Origin: Sphyrna mokarran
Taxonomy: Eukaryota
Length of the DNA stretch: 64,000 nucleotides
Direction of reading: 5' to 3'
Assembly (NCBI GenBank): GCA_024679065.1
Contig: JAGIQG010000014.1
Span: 6,882,001 to 6,946,000, forward strand
Under the pieces are notes generated by a model. That model was not told the DNA's origin. It searched no databases and saw only the letters and a program-made list of their open reading frames with translations. Made by a program: the position numbers and the translations under genes. This document shows positions 13,245 through 25,119 of the stretch, piece after piece (positions within the stretch are counted from its first letter, which is position 1; every line of letters begins with the position of its first letter).

Positions 13245-13462
13245 CTTCTGCAGTGTAGTTACTTGAGGTCCAAAGCAGTGCCTGGTGCAAAGTGGTACCT
13301 GTGGTGTAACACAGAATTTTTGCCTCAAGGTACCACCTTCGCTGTAAGACAGTAACAACGATGAAAAAGATCATCTGTGCTGTGGGGCAGTAACTGTGAG
13401 GCTACGAAATGCTTGCAGTGCAGGGCAGTACCTGTGCTATGAGGTATTACCTACGGCGTCAG
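13245..13462. repeat. 19-bp minisatellite block just downstream of gene 2
   Basis: Consecutive 19-mers tctgtgctgtggggcagta/actgtgaggctacgaaatg/cttgcagtgcagggcagta/cctgtgctatgaggtatta. Confidence 0.8.
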
Positions 13463-13541
13463 ACACCAGGTTAAAGGCGAACACGTTTATTTGGTAGTAA
13501 ACGCCACTAGCGTTCCGGGCTCTGTCCCTTCGTCAGGTGAG
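13463..13541 (-). mobile_element. Penelope-like pLTR fragment in gene 2 3' UTR with mutated minimal hammerhead (13505-13539) and AATAAA (13486-13491)
   Basis: Minus strand CAC-CTGACGA-agggacagagcccg-GAAC-GC-TA-GTG...CAAATAAAC. Homologous to the GIY-YIG-linked element at 50888-51328. Confidence 0.8.
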
Positions 13542-13671
13542 TTCACCAATGGTTCTGTAGTTGGCATCAGAAGATAAAACGAAGTGTGGAACAGTGTTTC
13601 TGATGTCCGTTATTTAAAGAGACACCACTTATTTTTGTGGCAGGAAGGCCGGCATTCAAATGTGTGCTTCA

Positions 13672-14603
13672 CTATTGCCTGAACAAGAATACTAGATTTA
13701 ACTTTGCCCATTTTTGCAACTTCAGAATTATTCTCCAAGGAGATTTCACGACCTTCTGCAAATCTTCCCTGAATTTAGCTTGTGTAGCTCCATAAATGAA
13801 CGTGTTTGTGCATGAACTTAAATGGATAAGCATTGTTCCGGATTCAATGGCAATATATTCAGGGGATGTGTAATCCGCTCGGACATGAACGACCATCCCA
13901 CTGGCTAAATCACTAACGGCTCTTGTCAGCCACAACAACAGAAAACTACTAGAAATGGTGAACAACAAAATAATAGATTTCCTTCGGTTGTGTATCTCTG
14001 CATCATTCTGATTGTCGCTGCTTTGACCCCGGAGGCAAGCACGGACTTTGCTGGACAAGAAAATCCGTCGGATTGTCAAAAAATTAAATAATAATATCAA
14101 AATGAAGGGAATCCATATCAATAAGATATTTTGTAACCGGCTGAATGCGACACCAGTGTGAGAAATATAAAAAGCCTGGCTGGGGAGTACACCCCATTGA
14201 ACGCCATTTATTTTGCTTCTCTCTTTATATGCAAACCAAATGTACAAGTTCTGTAAATAGACAAGGACCGTGACTGTTGTTAAAACTGCAGCCGCTGTTC
14301 TCGCTGTACAATAGATTGTTTTCAATTTCTGACTACATATCGCAATATATCGGTCAAACGTGAATGAGACTGTAAACCACACTGACATATACAGATTATT
14401 GCAAAGCATATATATCATTAACTTGCAAACAACAGTGTAGGAGAGGAATGAATTAGGGAAACGTTTTCTCAGAAGGTTATACAAAATTACATTGATGAGC
14501 ATCACCAATAAATCTGCTATTGCCATGGCCACCATGTAGATAGAGACACATCTGGAAAGGCCGCAATTTCCTTTGGCGAAGATCACGATGGTCACGAGAT
14601 TCG
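13672..14603 (-). CDS. GPR139-like GPCR gene 2 (short-intron 'B' type), exon 2; full CDS 333 aa
   Basis: Acceptor tttacag|CGAAT at 14604/14603, 932 nt to TAG. Hydrophobic TM segments, FDRY, RRKSIILL, SSCTNTFIY. Confidence 0.93.
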
Positions 14604-15252
14604 CTGTAAAACGAGGGAAAAGAGCCAAGTGATGTAAACAGTCTGGTAACACTCAAAACATACTTTAGCGGAATGTTTGCATGCAGTTTTGCTCAGTTAC
14701 TGTCCTGGCCTTTTTCTATTCTATAAGCGAGAAGAGGTGATATATTTATTGAAGTCGGTCATCATAATTCAATATTTAGGTACCTGCGATGTTGTCCCCA
14801 TTGCAATAATTTGATGGAGTGATGGAATTCACTTCACTTTTCTACACGACGGAATCTCCTAAAGCAGACAGGATGCTCCAGATAATGGGGGACAAAGCAG
14901 GCAATTGGAATGCTATCACGTCCATAGCAGCCGTGAGCAGCATTTACAGGAACTCAGCAGGCACCTTACACATACAGAAATCGCATACCGATCTATGAAC
15001 TGGTGGAAGGTCAGAGAATCAACCTCGATCTCCGTAAACGTGAGGATAGAAGTTAAAGTCCAGGTGTCGCATTCTCTAAGCGGAACCGCGGCTCACAGGC
15101 CATGCGAGCCATTGAGACTCTTACTGATATTCAACAATTTAGCTCGGTTGAGAAAAGACATTGCAATAATAATATTCTCACACTCATTGTTGTTGAATCA
15201 GTGTGCATTGAGATCCTCCACAACTATGAGACAACATAGTATATTGACTTAC

Positions 15253-15322
15253 CGGGAGCACCAAAAGCTGCCAGAACAGGATAGAAAAGTTCCTTGATCT
15301 GCAGAATTAATGGGCGAGCCAT
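15253..15322 (-). CDS. GPCR gene 2 exon 1 (MARPLILQIKELFYPVLAAFGAP)
   Basis: ATG at 15322, donor CCG|gtaagt, intron 14604-15252. Confidence 0.9.
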
Positions 15323-17380
15323 TGTGATTTCGAGAAGAATGCAAATATTTCACTAGATGCACCGTTGTATGTAAAATTCGTAATTCTCCCCCTTTTGTAC
15401 TGTAATACGTTCCCCGGGGGTGTGGTGTGGAAATCAGGCTACGCGCTGATTGCGTCAGCAATTATCGTAGAAGGCCCCTTTCCTCTGGAGAGAATCCGGG
15501 TTGGCCAATCGACACACTGTCAGTCCATGAAGCTCAGTCAATTAACATGAGTGATGAGATGGGAATTCCAGAGCACATGTGTTCAGCACTGGTTCCCAGA
15601 ACACGGAATGGGACACCCCCATTGATACAATGTTTGATTCTGCCAGCTTCATCATGCTCTTATTTAAACGCACACATCTGATGCACAGCTTGGATATATT
15701 TCGCTCCGGTTTCCCTAACTTTTCATTTCATGTGTATTATTATACCTAGTGATGACTCGATCATTTTACTTGGGACAATTATGTTACTTTCCTGTGTCTT
15801 TACTACAATCTGAATTGTGGGAACTCAACTATAAATTTACCATTAGTGTTAATCTATCATTATCAATGATAACTGAAATTAAATATGTATGGCCTACTGA
15901 ATCATTACTGGAGGTGATATTATTTCACAGTGTCCCGTGCCAACGCTTGAAACGTTGATTATTTTCGGCATCATTCTTTACCATCCCTCTGACGCATCAG
16001 TCAGCATCTGAGACCCAGCTCTTGCACAGCTTGATGGACACGTTGCATCATTCTGAACGAGTGGCAGCAAGTTACTGCCGGCGATTCATCACAGTTGCAG
16101 CCGAGCTACAAAGAAAATTTCAGAGTGCTTTTTGAAATATTTCACTGACTTTAACTTGATTTTTACCTATTTGAGATTTCAGTCAATCGAGAAGTGACGA
16201 AAATAGTTCCTTGCCGTGTGGACACGATATTTCATCCATTAAAACTGTTTTTGCAGGAGTCTTTCCTGACCACTTGGCAAGTACTTAATTAAACCAAATG
16301 TTTGTTGTTCCTGGACGAGTAATGCCTCCATTTTAAACTCCTCATCCTTACATTCAAATCCGTCATGGCTACGTTGCTGCCCATCTGTATCACGACTTCC
16401 ACCCAAAGATTTGTTATGGTCTCTTATCCTGCCATTTTGGACTTTGCTTGAATTTGACATCCGGGATTTCAACTGATTTGGCTTAAAATTCCAAATCACG
16501 AGTTTATTTTCCCCCGTTCAATTACCGTTCATCTTTGAACACAACTTTGTCGCGAAACCTGATGTCTCTTTCCGTGATCAGAGTCAGAGTTTTAACATGT
16601 TTTCTATTGATAGCTCTCTTAGCAAGAAAGTTGGTTACTTTAATGGCACTTCAATGGCAAGTTGCTCTTCTCACGAAGAATACATATCAATGCTTTGTGA
16701 GCATTGATATGATTTTTTTTAAAATTGTATTTCCATTTCATGCTCTGAAAGAACGGTTACAAGGCATCTATTATAGACGTACCTCCGGGTTATTATTTCG
16801 GGTTACGGAATTAGTGCATGTTAAGGTCTGTTTGAATATTATGCACAGTTCATTGCTACATATCTTCCTCGTTCATTCTTCGCCGACTTCCGTCTAGTTT
16901 TGTATAACATAACTATATGAATCTTAAAAGTCACTCCATATAATACAAATTTGTATTCTCTTTTCCAATATCGAAAATATACCTCGGTGTATTCATTTCC
17001 CACTGCTAAACAGATCAATTTGTTGCTCGAAAGGCACTTTTAATTTTGAATAATATAATTGTAATTGAACCAATTGTTGTGTTATAAATATTTTTTTCTT
17101 CTCCGTTATCGTTTCTGTCAATAAAAATTGTGTTTTACAAATCACTTATTCTACAAAGTTATAAAACAATTCCGTTTCTCTTTCTGAAGTTTTTGTTTTA
17201 AATAAATTGCATATTAATCCTGAAACTGACCCATATGCATGGCCTGCTCTAGACTCTCCTGATTTGATATGACTATTCTTCCCTATTTACTCGGAAAAAG
17301 CGAAGGATGGAAAATGCCACAAAGTGACGAAAAACAATAGTCATAATGCTGACAAGTTTTAGCCTCGTTCTTTTTTGTAG

Positions 17381-17718
17381 TTGGCATAGTGGCATTGTAA
17401 TCCAGTGGTAGAAATTCAGATATCAAAGGTATATCCTGGAGTTCTGGGTGTGAATGATATCAGGATTGCAGAATTACAAATCAATATCTTTTCTTTTCAA
17501 AAATCCTCTAATCAACATGAATAGATTGTCATAAATACATATCTGCTTCACTTCTGCCAATAGGGAAAGAAAGATGCCTCCTCACCTGCTGTCGTCTGCA
17601 TGCCAGTCCAGACATACAGAAACCATTTGACTCTTAACTGCCCTCTGAAGAACGATTTGGGATGAATGGTACATTATGACTTCTCCCAGCAGATTCCCCA
17701 TCCCATAACTGAATAAAA
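17381..17718 (+). mobile_element. Decayed SacSINE1/DeuSINE-like SINE (copy at 41681-42018)
   Basis: tggcatagtgg head, atctgcttcact...tagggaaagaaa, ttgactcttaactgccctctgaa core, catcccataactgaataaaaa tail. Confidence 0.7.
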
Positions 17719-18339
17719 ACTCTTGCTCACCTTCAAATCTGCTCCCACCCCGCCTCAATTACATCATGTCCCTCTTTGCAATGACGTCATGTCCGTTCAC
17801 AACCGCCCAGAGAGCACAAAAGCACACTTCATAAAATTATGCAAATTATCGCTGCTGAACTGCTTTAGTGTTTTTCTTTGAACTTCGAAAAAGCATGCCT
17901 GTAATTGCTGAATTGAAATCGACATTTACCTCGTCTCAGGATGTCAGAATAATATTTTATATTGCGGTCTGTGTCTTGATGTAGCACACATGGAACTTAT
18001 TGATGAGCAACAGAGGGAAAACTCAGTCAATTAATCTCTGAAACACTGAGCAATGTGTTACCGAATAAGCCAATCCTACAGAGGACATAGTTTATTTAGA
18101 TCAGCAATTGAACGTAAAGGAGCAATGTTACTGATTGTGGAACTGTGAGAGTTTATTTTTTGGAATTTGAGGCGAGTATGGGGGTAGTGATTCGAGGGAA
18201 GTGAATAATTAGAGAGTGCAGGATTTTGCAGCTGTCTGCTCAAAGGGGATGGGAAGTGTGTTGTACATGTGCGTGTGGAGAGGGGAGGGGGAGAGGAGGG
18301 GGGCGGGTGGACGATGAAGAGGCCTTCAGTCACAGAGAT

Positions 18340-18550
18340 GCACACCTGGTCGTTGTGGACCAGCAGAGTGCAGGCCCGGGTTCCCGTGGCTTTTCCCTAG
18401 GCTCTGGTAGTCCTCCTAGTGTAGGCCCAGGCTTCTCCGGTGTTTCCCTGTCTCTGGAAGCCCGTCTGGAGGAATCCCCGGCTCTGAGGCTGCAGCGCCC
18501 AATGCTGCTCACATGTGGGCAACTGCTCCGCGTCACTTCCAAACCGGAAT
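18340..18550 (-). promoter_or_regulatory. Paralog of the GC-rich ETS-CRE block, upstream of gene 2
   Basis: gcgtcacttcc at 18530-18540. Candidate donor CCAG|GTGTGC near 18346. Confidence 0.45.
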
Positions 18551-19927
18551 CTCCAGGGTACTAAGAATAGTCAATTATAATGAAATTCAAGAGACTTTAA
18601 AAGAATTAGAATGAAGTTTGAGAAGCATAGAATAAGAGTAAAAGAAAAATTAAAAAGCATGCTCGGCACAGCTTGCAAGAAGTCACCTCGCTTCGGTGCC
18701 AAGTTGGAAGACAGGTATGAGTATGGAATGCTGTATTTTAAAAGAGGTGTGTATCCTCGCACTCGCTCTTGATGCAGTATCTGTCATGGTCATTGATGAG
18801 TTAACGTGACTACCATTCGCTATTTAGTCTGGAAAGGTGAACGAAGAAGGATATCAAAACAGGAAATAAAAGAAAAAACAGTAAGGAAGATTTAAGATAG
18901 TTCTGTTTGCAGTTGACATCGTGGCATTGTAATTCCGAGATAGCAGTTCAGACACCGCTCGTATGGTGTGGATTCTGGGGTAGAAAACCTTCACATTGTG
19001 GAATTTGAAAACAATATTTTCTCCAAAAACTGTATGATGACCATGAATGCATTGTCGTAAACAGCTTTCTAGTTCACATACCACATTACAGAAGGGAACG
19101 TTATCCTCATCTGTTGTGAAGTCCATTCCAACCCATCGCAATCTAGTAGACGGTTAAATGCTCTCTCAGGGACAATATGAGATGAACAGTAAATTATATC
19201 GAGGCCAGTAGTGTCCCCATCCCAGTAATGGATAAAAAGTGTTACCCTTGGTCTACTTAATGAAACTTCGTGTAAATATAACACGAGACTCTAACTGTTG
19301 GGTTTGATGTATGCACTCACTCTTCCTGGTATTACTTTTTTTGCAGCAATGTTGCCCATATGACTCAACATATTTTTGAGCTGTTGTTTAGCGAATCAGC
19401 ATGCAAATTACATGTTGGTTGCTTCATGCTTCGACCAGTAACTATTTCAGCACAGCGTCTGTGGAGTTGATCCTGGAGGCAACATTAAACTGAACGCATT
19501 CATTAACTTTCAGGCAAGCGATTCCAAATAGAGGGGTCCAAGTTGTTTGACTTTTATCTGTCCTGCATTTCCCCTTTCATTGCTACAGCTGCCAAGCTAT
19601 ATAAGAAATCACGTGCTGCTCACTAATGTACAGATACAGCAATCTCCTGGAGGAAGCCATGAATCAACTGGTTAAACTGAACATTTTGACATTCTCCAGA
19701 TTTTGAATAGAAATCAGATCCATGCATATTGATTAATTCTGAACTGGTGATTTCATCTGAGACAAAGTGGAACATAATAGATAAACGGACAGTACTTGGA
19801 TGAACTTGCCGTGTGGATGGAAATGACAACGAATGGAAAGATCGAAGGGATTTTAAACTCTTTCATTTAGCATTAAACAAGGGGGTCGCATGAAGCATCA
19901 GGTGGCACTTGCCGTGTATATTAATAT

Positions 19928-21040
19928 TTGTGGTGTGAGGCTGCCTATGGTCAAATGCGATAGATGTAGAGTAAGGCACCAAATCTTTGTTACAAAACAA
20001 CTACATCACCACGATAAAGGCAGTATCTGATGTAACGCAATTCCTGAATTTAAGAGGAAACCACATTGAACGGTAGAACGTACGATGTGATGCATTACCT
20101 GCAGAGTGAGGCATAAGCCGGTAAGGTACACTTGTTACTTAAGGCGGATCCAACAGTGTTAAAAGATTACTGTGGCGCAAGGTAGAACATGGTGTGTAAG
20201 ACAGTAATTGTGGTGTCAGGCAGTACCTCTGATGTAAGCCACTACCTGTATTGCAAAACGGTACCTGTGCCATTCGTCATTTCTTCTGCGGTGCAAAGCA
20301 GCATGTTTGTTGTGAGGCTGTACAGCTTTGTAAACATGTAGTAGAATGCAGAACCTGCAATGAAAGACACTTTCCACAGTGAGGGCAATTCTTGTGGAGA
20401 AGGCAGTGCAATATCTTGGGTGAAATCATTTCCAGCGGTCAAAGATAGTACCTTTGTTGTAACACAGCAACTACGGTGTAAGGCAGTCGTTGCGGTTTAA
20501 AGTGGTACCTGTGTTATAACCCAGCTCAGAAATTTCAAGGTACTGTGTGAAGTCAGTCAGCACCAGTGAAGATAGTGTCCACGTTGGAAGGCAGCAGCTC
20601 CGGTGTAAGCCAATAGCTGTAGTACAAAGAACAAAGAGCAACACAACACGGGAAACAGGCCCTTCGGCCCAACGAGCCCGCGCCGCCGTCCTAACGTCTT
20701 AATGACATATCCATGACTTTAGGCTATGCCTATTGTGGAAGATTCCCATATAGGTACCAATATAGGGACAATGTGTTGCCCAATCAGCCTAAGAGCACAT
20801 TGTAGTGTGAGGACATGTGGATAGTGCAACACAATATCTCTGGAGCAATCAATACCTGCTGTGTACAGAAGCTCCAGTGATGTAAGATGGAACTTATGAT
20901 GTAAGGAAGTAGCTTCGGTGTAAGAGAGCACTTATGGTGTAACAGCAACTGCAATGCAAGGCATTACTTGCATTTTCCAGAGGCACCTGTGCGAAAATGC
21001 ATGCCAGAAATTTCAAGATGTTTAATGAAGTCGGCCTGAA
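19928..21040. repeat. Degenerate 19-bp minisatellite, interrupted by a SINE
   Basis: attgtggtgtcaggcagta, cctctgatgtaagccacta and similar units. Paralog of 11790-12750. Confidence 0.75.
20624..20800 (-). mobile_element. 5'-truncated V-SINE-like element with CR1-type tail, 6-bp TSD tgtagt (copy at 44929-45112)
   Basis: Minus strand aggctgattgggcaacacattgtccc...gggccgaagggcctgtttcc...(tctttgt)n. tgtagt at 20618-20623 and 20801-20806. Confidence 0.75.
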
Positions 21041-21819
21041 ACGTCTGCTTTGTACATTGAATTTGGTGCAGGGAAGCTTGAGATGTTTCACTCCAGGTAT
21101 GACTTAAATGAACTACTGGTGAGCTGGTCCCATAAAGTCAATTTCAGAAATACAGTTAACACATAGAAAGAAAAGAGCAAATTGAATTTTAGCGATTACA
21201 AACAAAAAGAAACAACCAAGCTTAACAGCAGCTAATAAACCTTAACAGCTCAGCACATCAGGCGTACCAGCATATGCACCCAGTCTCGATTTAGCACAAA
21301 AATTATGTATTCCCAATGAGTTTTCAGCTCGGTAAGGCCTGTGGTAGTTAGTTCTTTGGATGGAGAAAAGAAACACCTGTTTCTCCATTCTGGAACTCAC
21401 AGCACATCGAAGTGGAGATGGTGCCGCTGTTTTCCTCCAGCTTGCAGACTACCAACAGCAAAGCGTTCACTCCAGAAAAGTAAGAAACACTATTTCAAAC
21501 TAGCTGCAGAATTTTTAATAGATCAAAGCGGCAAAATACTCCATCCAGCCTCGAATCCAACCAAAACTAGAAGTGAAAGAATCGGCGAAGAAAAATAAAA
21601 GATATCTCTTTCCTTTTGACCTGTAAACGTTTTCCGCAGCAATTCCAAATTTCCAAAACCTTCAAGAGCGTGCTTTAGGCCCAGATTGAAAATAAACAAA
21701 ATACAAATTAATCATTTGATGACCAATGAAATGACATTACTCAGATGGCCTGGTGCCTGTTTATTATTGCAGGAAACACGATTAAACATACACTTCATAA
21801 AGCATAATAGCGTCACCTC

Positions 21820-22040
21820 TGCAGTGTAAGTCGTTACTTGAGTTCAAAAGCAGTACCTGGTGCATAGTGGTATTTGTGGTGTAACACAGAATTTTTTTGG
21901 TTAAAGGTAACACCTTCGTTGTAAAAGAGTAACCGCGATGTAAAGGATTATCTGGGTCTAAGGCAGTAGTTTTGGAGCTATGCAGTGCGTGGAGTGTAGG
22001 GCAACAACTGTGCTGTAAGGCCGTACCTATGGTGTCAGGA
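21820..22040. repeat. 19-bp minisatellite block downstream of gene 3
   Basis: Paralog of 13245-13462. Confidence 0.7.
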
Positions 22041-22047
22041 AGTAGAC

Positions 22048-22180
22048 ATGATGTGGAGGTGCCGGCGTGGACTGGTTTAAAAACAGTAAGGAGTCTCACA
22101 AATCCAAGTTAAAATCCAATATGTGTATTTAGTAGTAAAGGACACGATATTTGGGACTCTGTCTCTTCGTCAGTTGAGTT
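22048..22180 (-). mobile_element. Penelope-like pLTR fragment in gene 3 3' UTR with degenerate hammerhead (22143-22176)
   Basis: Minus strand CAA-CTGACGA-agagacagagtccc-AAAT-atc-GTG. AATAAA has become AATACA. Confidence 0.75.
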
Positions 22181-22318
22181 CACCAACGATTCAGTACTAG
22201 CGTCAGAAGATAGAACAAAGAGTGGAATAATGCTTCCACTAAAAGAGACGCGTTACATTGTTTGTGTCAGGAAGGCCAGCATTCAAACTTGTACTTCACT
22301 ATTGCCTGAACAGGGAGA

Positions 22319-23226
22319 CTAATTTAATTTTACATACTTTTGCAACATCAGAATTATTCTCCAAGGAGATTTCACGTTCTGCAGCTCGTTCCTGGATTTA
22401 GCTGGTGTAACTGCATAAATACACGTGTTTGTGCATGAACTTAAATGCATGAGCATTGTTCCGGTTACAATAGCGATATATTCAGGAGATGTATAATTCC
22501 GCCGGATCTGAGCGACCATCCCACTGACTAAAAAGCTAACGACTCTTGTCAGCCACAGCAGTAGAAAGCTACTAGAAATAGTGAACAATAAAATAATAGA
22601 CTTCCTTCGGTTCTGTATCTCTGGATCATTCTGATTCTCGCTGCTTTGTCCCTGGAGGCCCGCACGGGATTTGCTGGACGACAAAATCCGTCTGATTGTC
22701 AAAAAATTTAATACTAATATCAAAATGAAGGGAATCCATGTCAATAAGATACTTTGTAACCAACTGAATGCTACACCAATGTGAGAAGTATAAAAAGCCT
22801 GTCCAGGGAGGACACCCCATTGAACACCATTTATTCTGCTTCGCTCTTCATATGCAAACCAAATGTACAAGTTGTGTAAAGAGGTAAGGACTGTGACTGT
22901 TGTTAAAACTGCAGCCGCTGTTCTCGCTGTGCAATACGTTGTTTTAAACTTCTGACTGCATATAGCAATATATCGGTCAAACGTGAATGAAACTGTAAAC
23001 CACACTGACATATACAGGTTATTACAAAGCATATATATCATTAACTTGCAAACAACAGTGTAGGAGAGGAATGAATTAGGAAAACGTTTTGTCAAAACGT
23101 TATACAAAATTACATTGATGAGCATCACCAACAAATCTGCTGTTGCCCTGGCCACCATGTAGATAGAGACACATCTGGAAAGGCCGCAATTTCCTTTGGC
23201 GAGAATCACGATGGTCACGAGATTTG
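22319..23226 (-). CDS. GPR139-like GPCR gene 3 (A type), exon 2; CDS 325 aa, C-terminus shortened
   Basis: Acceptor ttacag|CAAAT at 23227/23226. Open to TAG at 22319, which arises from a 1-nt loss relative to paralogs. Confidence 0.88.
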
Positions 23227-23523
23227 CTGTAAGAACGAGAGAGAAGAGCCAAGTAACGGAAATAATCTGCTGACAGAGAAAGCATGCGTACACTTTCGCT
23301 CAGTTTTTCGCACGGAGACATTCTATTGAACAAGTGAGCGGAGGCGATGTATTTATTGAAATAGACATCATAAAATCAATATTTAGGCACCGGAATATTT
23401 TCCCCATTGCAATAATTTAAGTGTAATCATTTCCACATGTTGAGGGAAGGGTTGCCCAATTCCATCTACAGAATGTTAATGCGATGTTACCCTCAGCACC
23501 ATCGACAACAAAAAAAAAGTCTC

Positions 23524-24865
23524 ATAGAACATAGAACAATACAGCACAGAACAGGCCCTTCGGCCTTCGATGTTGTGCCGACCAAAATAAAAAGCAATGC
23601 CCCTCCAAACTAAACCATTCCCTTCCCTTCCATATACTTATCAACTAACCTCTTAAACGCCACCAAACTTGGCGCATCTACAACAGCTGCCGGCAGGGCA
23701 TTCCACTCCCTAATCACTCTTTGCGTAAAGAACCTACCTCTGATATCCGTCCTATAACTCATACCCCTTAATTTAAAGCTGTGTCCCCTCTTGCTAGCTT
23801 TCTCCATCCTAGGAAAAAGGCTATCACTGTCCACCCTATCTAAACCTCTAATCCTCTTATATGCTTCAATAAGCTCCCCTCTTAGCCGCCTCCTTTCTAA
23901 CGAAAACAACCTCAAATCCTTCAACCTCTCTTCATAGGACCTGCCCTCCATACCAGGCAACATCCTGGTAACCTCCTCTGTACCCTCTCCAATGCCTCCA
24001 CATCTTTCTTATAATGTGGCGACCAGAACTGCACACAATACTCCAAGTGCGGCCGCACTAAAGTTTTGTACAGCTGCAACATGATGCTGCGGCTCCTAAA
24101 TTCAATCCCCCTACCACTAAAAGCTAAGACTCCATAAGCCTTCTTAACAACTTTATCCACTTGACTGCCTACTTTCAGGGATCTATTGACACATACACCT
24201 AGATCCTTCTGTTCCTCAACACTATTAAGAGCCCTACCATTAGCCCTATACTCTACACATTTATTGTTCCTGCCAAAGTGCATTACCTCACACTTTTCCA
24301 CATTAAACTCCATTTGCCACCTCTCGGCCCAGCTCTGCGACTTGTCCAAGTCACTCTGTAAACTATAACATCCCTCTTCACTATCTACCACTCCACCAAC
24401 TTTCGTATCATCTGCAAATTTACTGATCCATCCCTCAATACCCTCATCCAGATCATTTATAAAAATTACAACAGCAGGGGCCCCAAAACAGACCCCTGAG
24501 GCACACCACTTGTCACCGAACTCCACGATGAATATCTCCCATCAACCACCACCCTCTGTCTTCTATCTGCCAGCCAATTCCTAATCCAATTAGCTAAATC
24601 ACCCTCTATTCCACACATCTGCATTTTCTGTAGAAGTCTTCCATGGGCCACCTTATCAACCGCCTTACTAAAGTCCATATATACTACATCAACCGCCTTA
24701 CCCCCATCCACCTCTCTGGTCACTTTCTCAAACAACTCAATGAGGTTAGTAAGGCATGACCTACCCTTCACGAAACCATGCTGACTATCCCCAATCAATT
24801 CATTTCTCTCTAAATAACTATAAATCCTATCCCTAATAATTCTCTCCAATACCTTGCCCACAACA
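23524..24865 (-). mobile_element. Young 5'-truncated CR1 (RT C-terminal half) in intron of gene 3
   Basis: [40 protein letters not shown], catagaac tail. Short TSD tctca. Empty site at 1094-1110. Confidence 0.95.
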
Positions 24866-25119
24866 AGGTATTGATCTCAAATGAGATCAATTATGATTTC
24901 GGAGAACTTAATTAAACCGGTGATCTGGGATTAGCTTCCTTGCATCTATTTCGAGTTAATTATAATAAGCAGTACCCCTGGCACTGGTCTGAAACTGCAT
25001 TCACCCTAAGTCGAAATCACACCTCGTACTGCATGCCCTGAGGGAAATCCTCAGAAAGAAAATTTCGGTTTCCTCAATAAATTGTAGTTTTATCATTTCC
25101 TCAGTGACTGTCCCAGGCT

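Larger units (their letters stand above)
1..21500. repeat. Segmental tandem duplication, copy 1 (two GPCR genes plus intergenic DNA)
   Basis: Near-identical to 22426-~45850 throughout, including RTE relic, GT microsatellite, SINEs and paired ORF-track peptides (e.g. 5475 vs 29338, 7896 vs 31755). Right boundary approximate. Confidence 0.93.

Noticed and set aside
11790-13462. CRISPR-like array
   Set aside because: Contiguous degenerate 19-mers with no unique spacers, no cas genes, vertebrate context.
13672-14603. Assigning the gene symbol GPR139
   Set aside because: These are multi-copy, divergent family members. Orthology cannot be established without a phylogeny.
14604-14652. ORF-track N-termini of the GPCRs (MLPDCLHH..., MYACFLC..., MSFTWLF...)
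   Set aside because: They use non-ATG starts and translate the intronic polypyrimidine tract. The real N-terminus is the spliced 70-nt exon 1.
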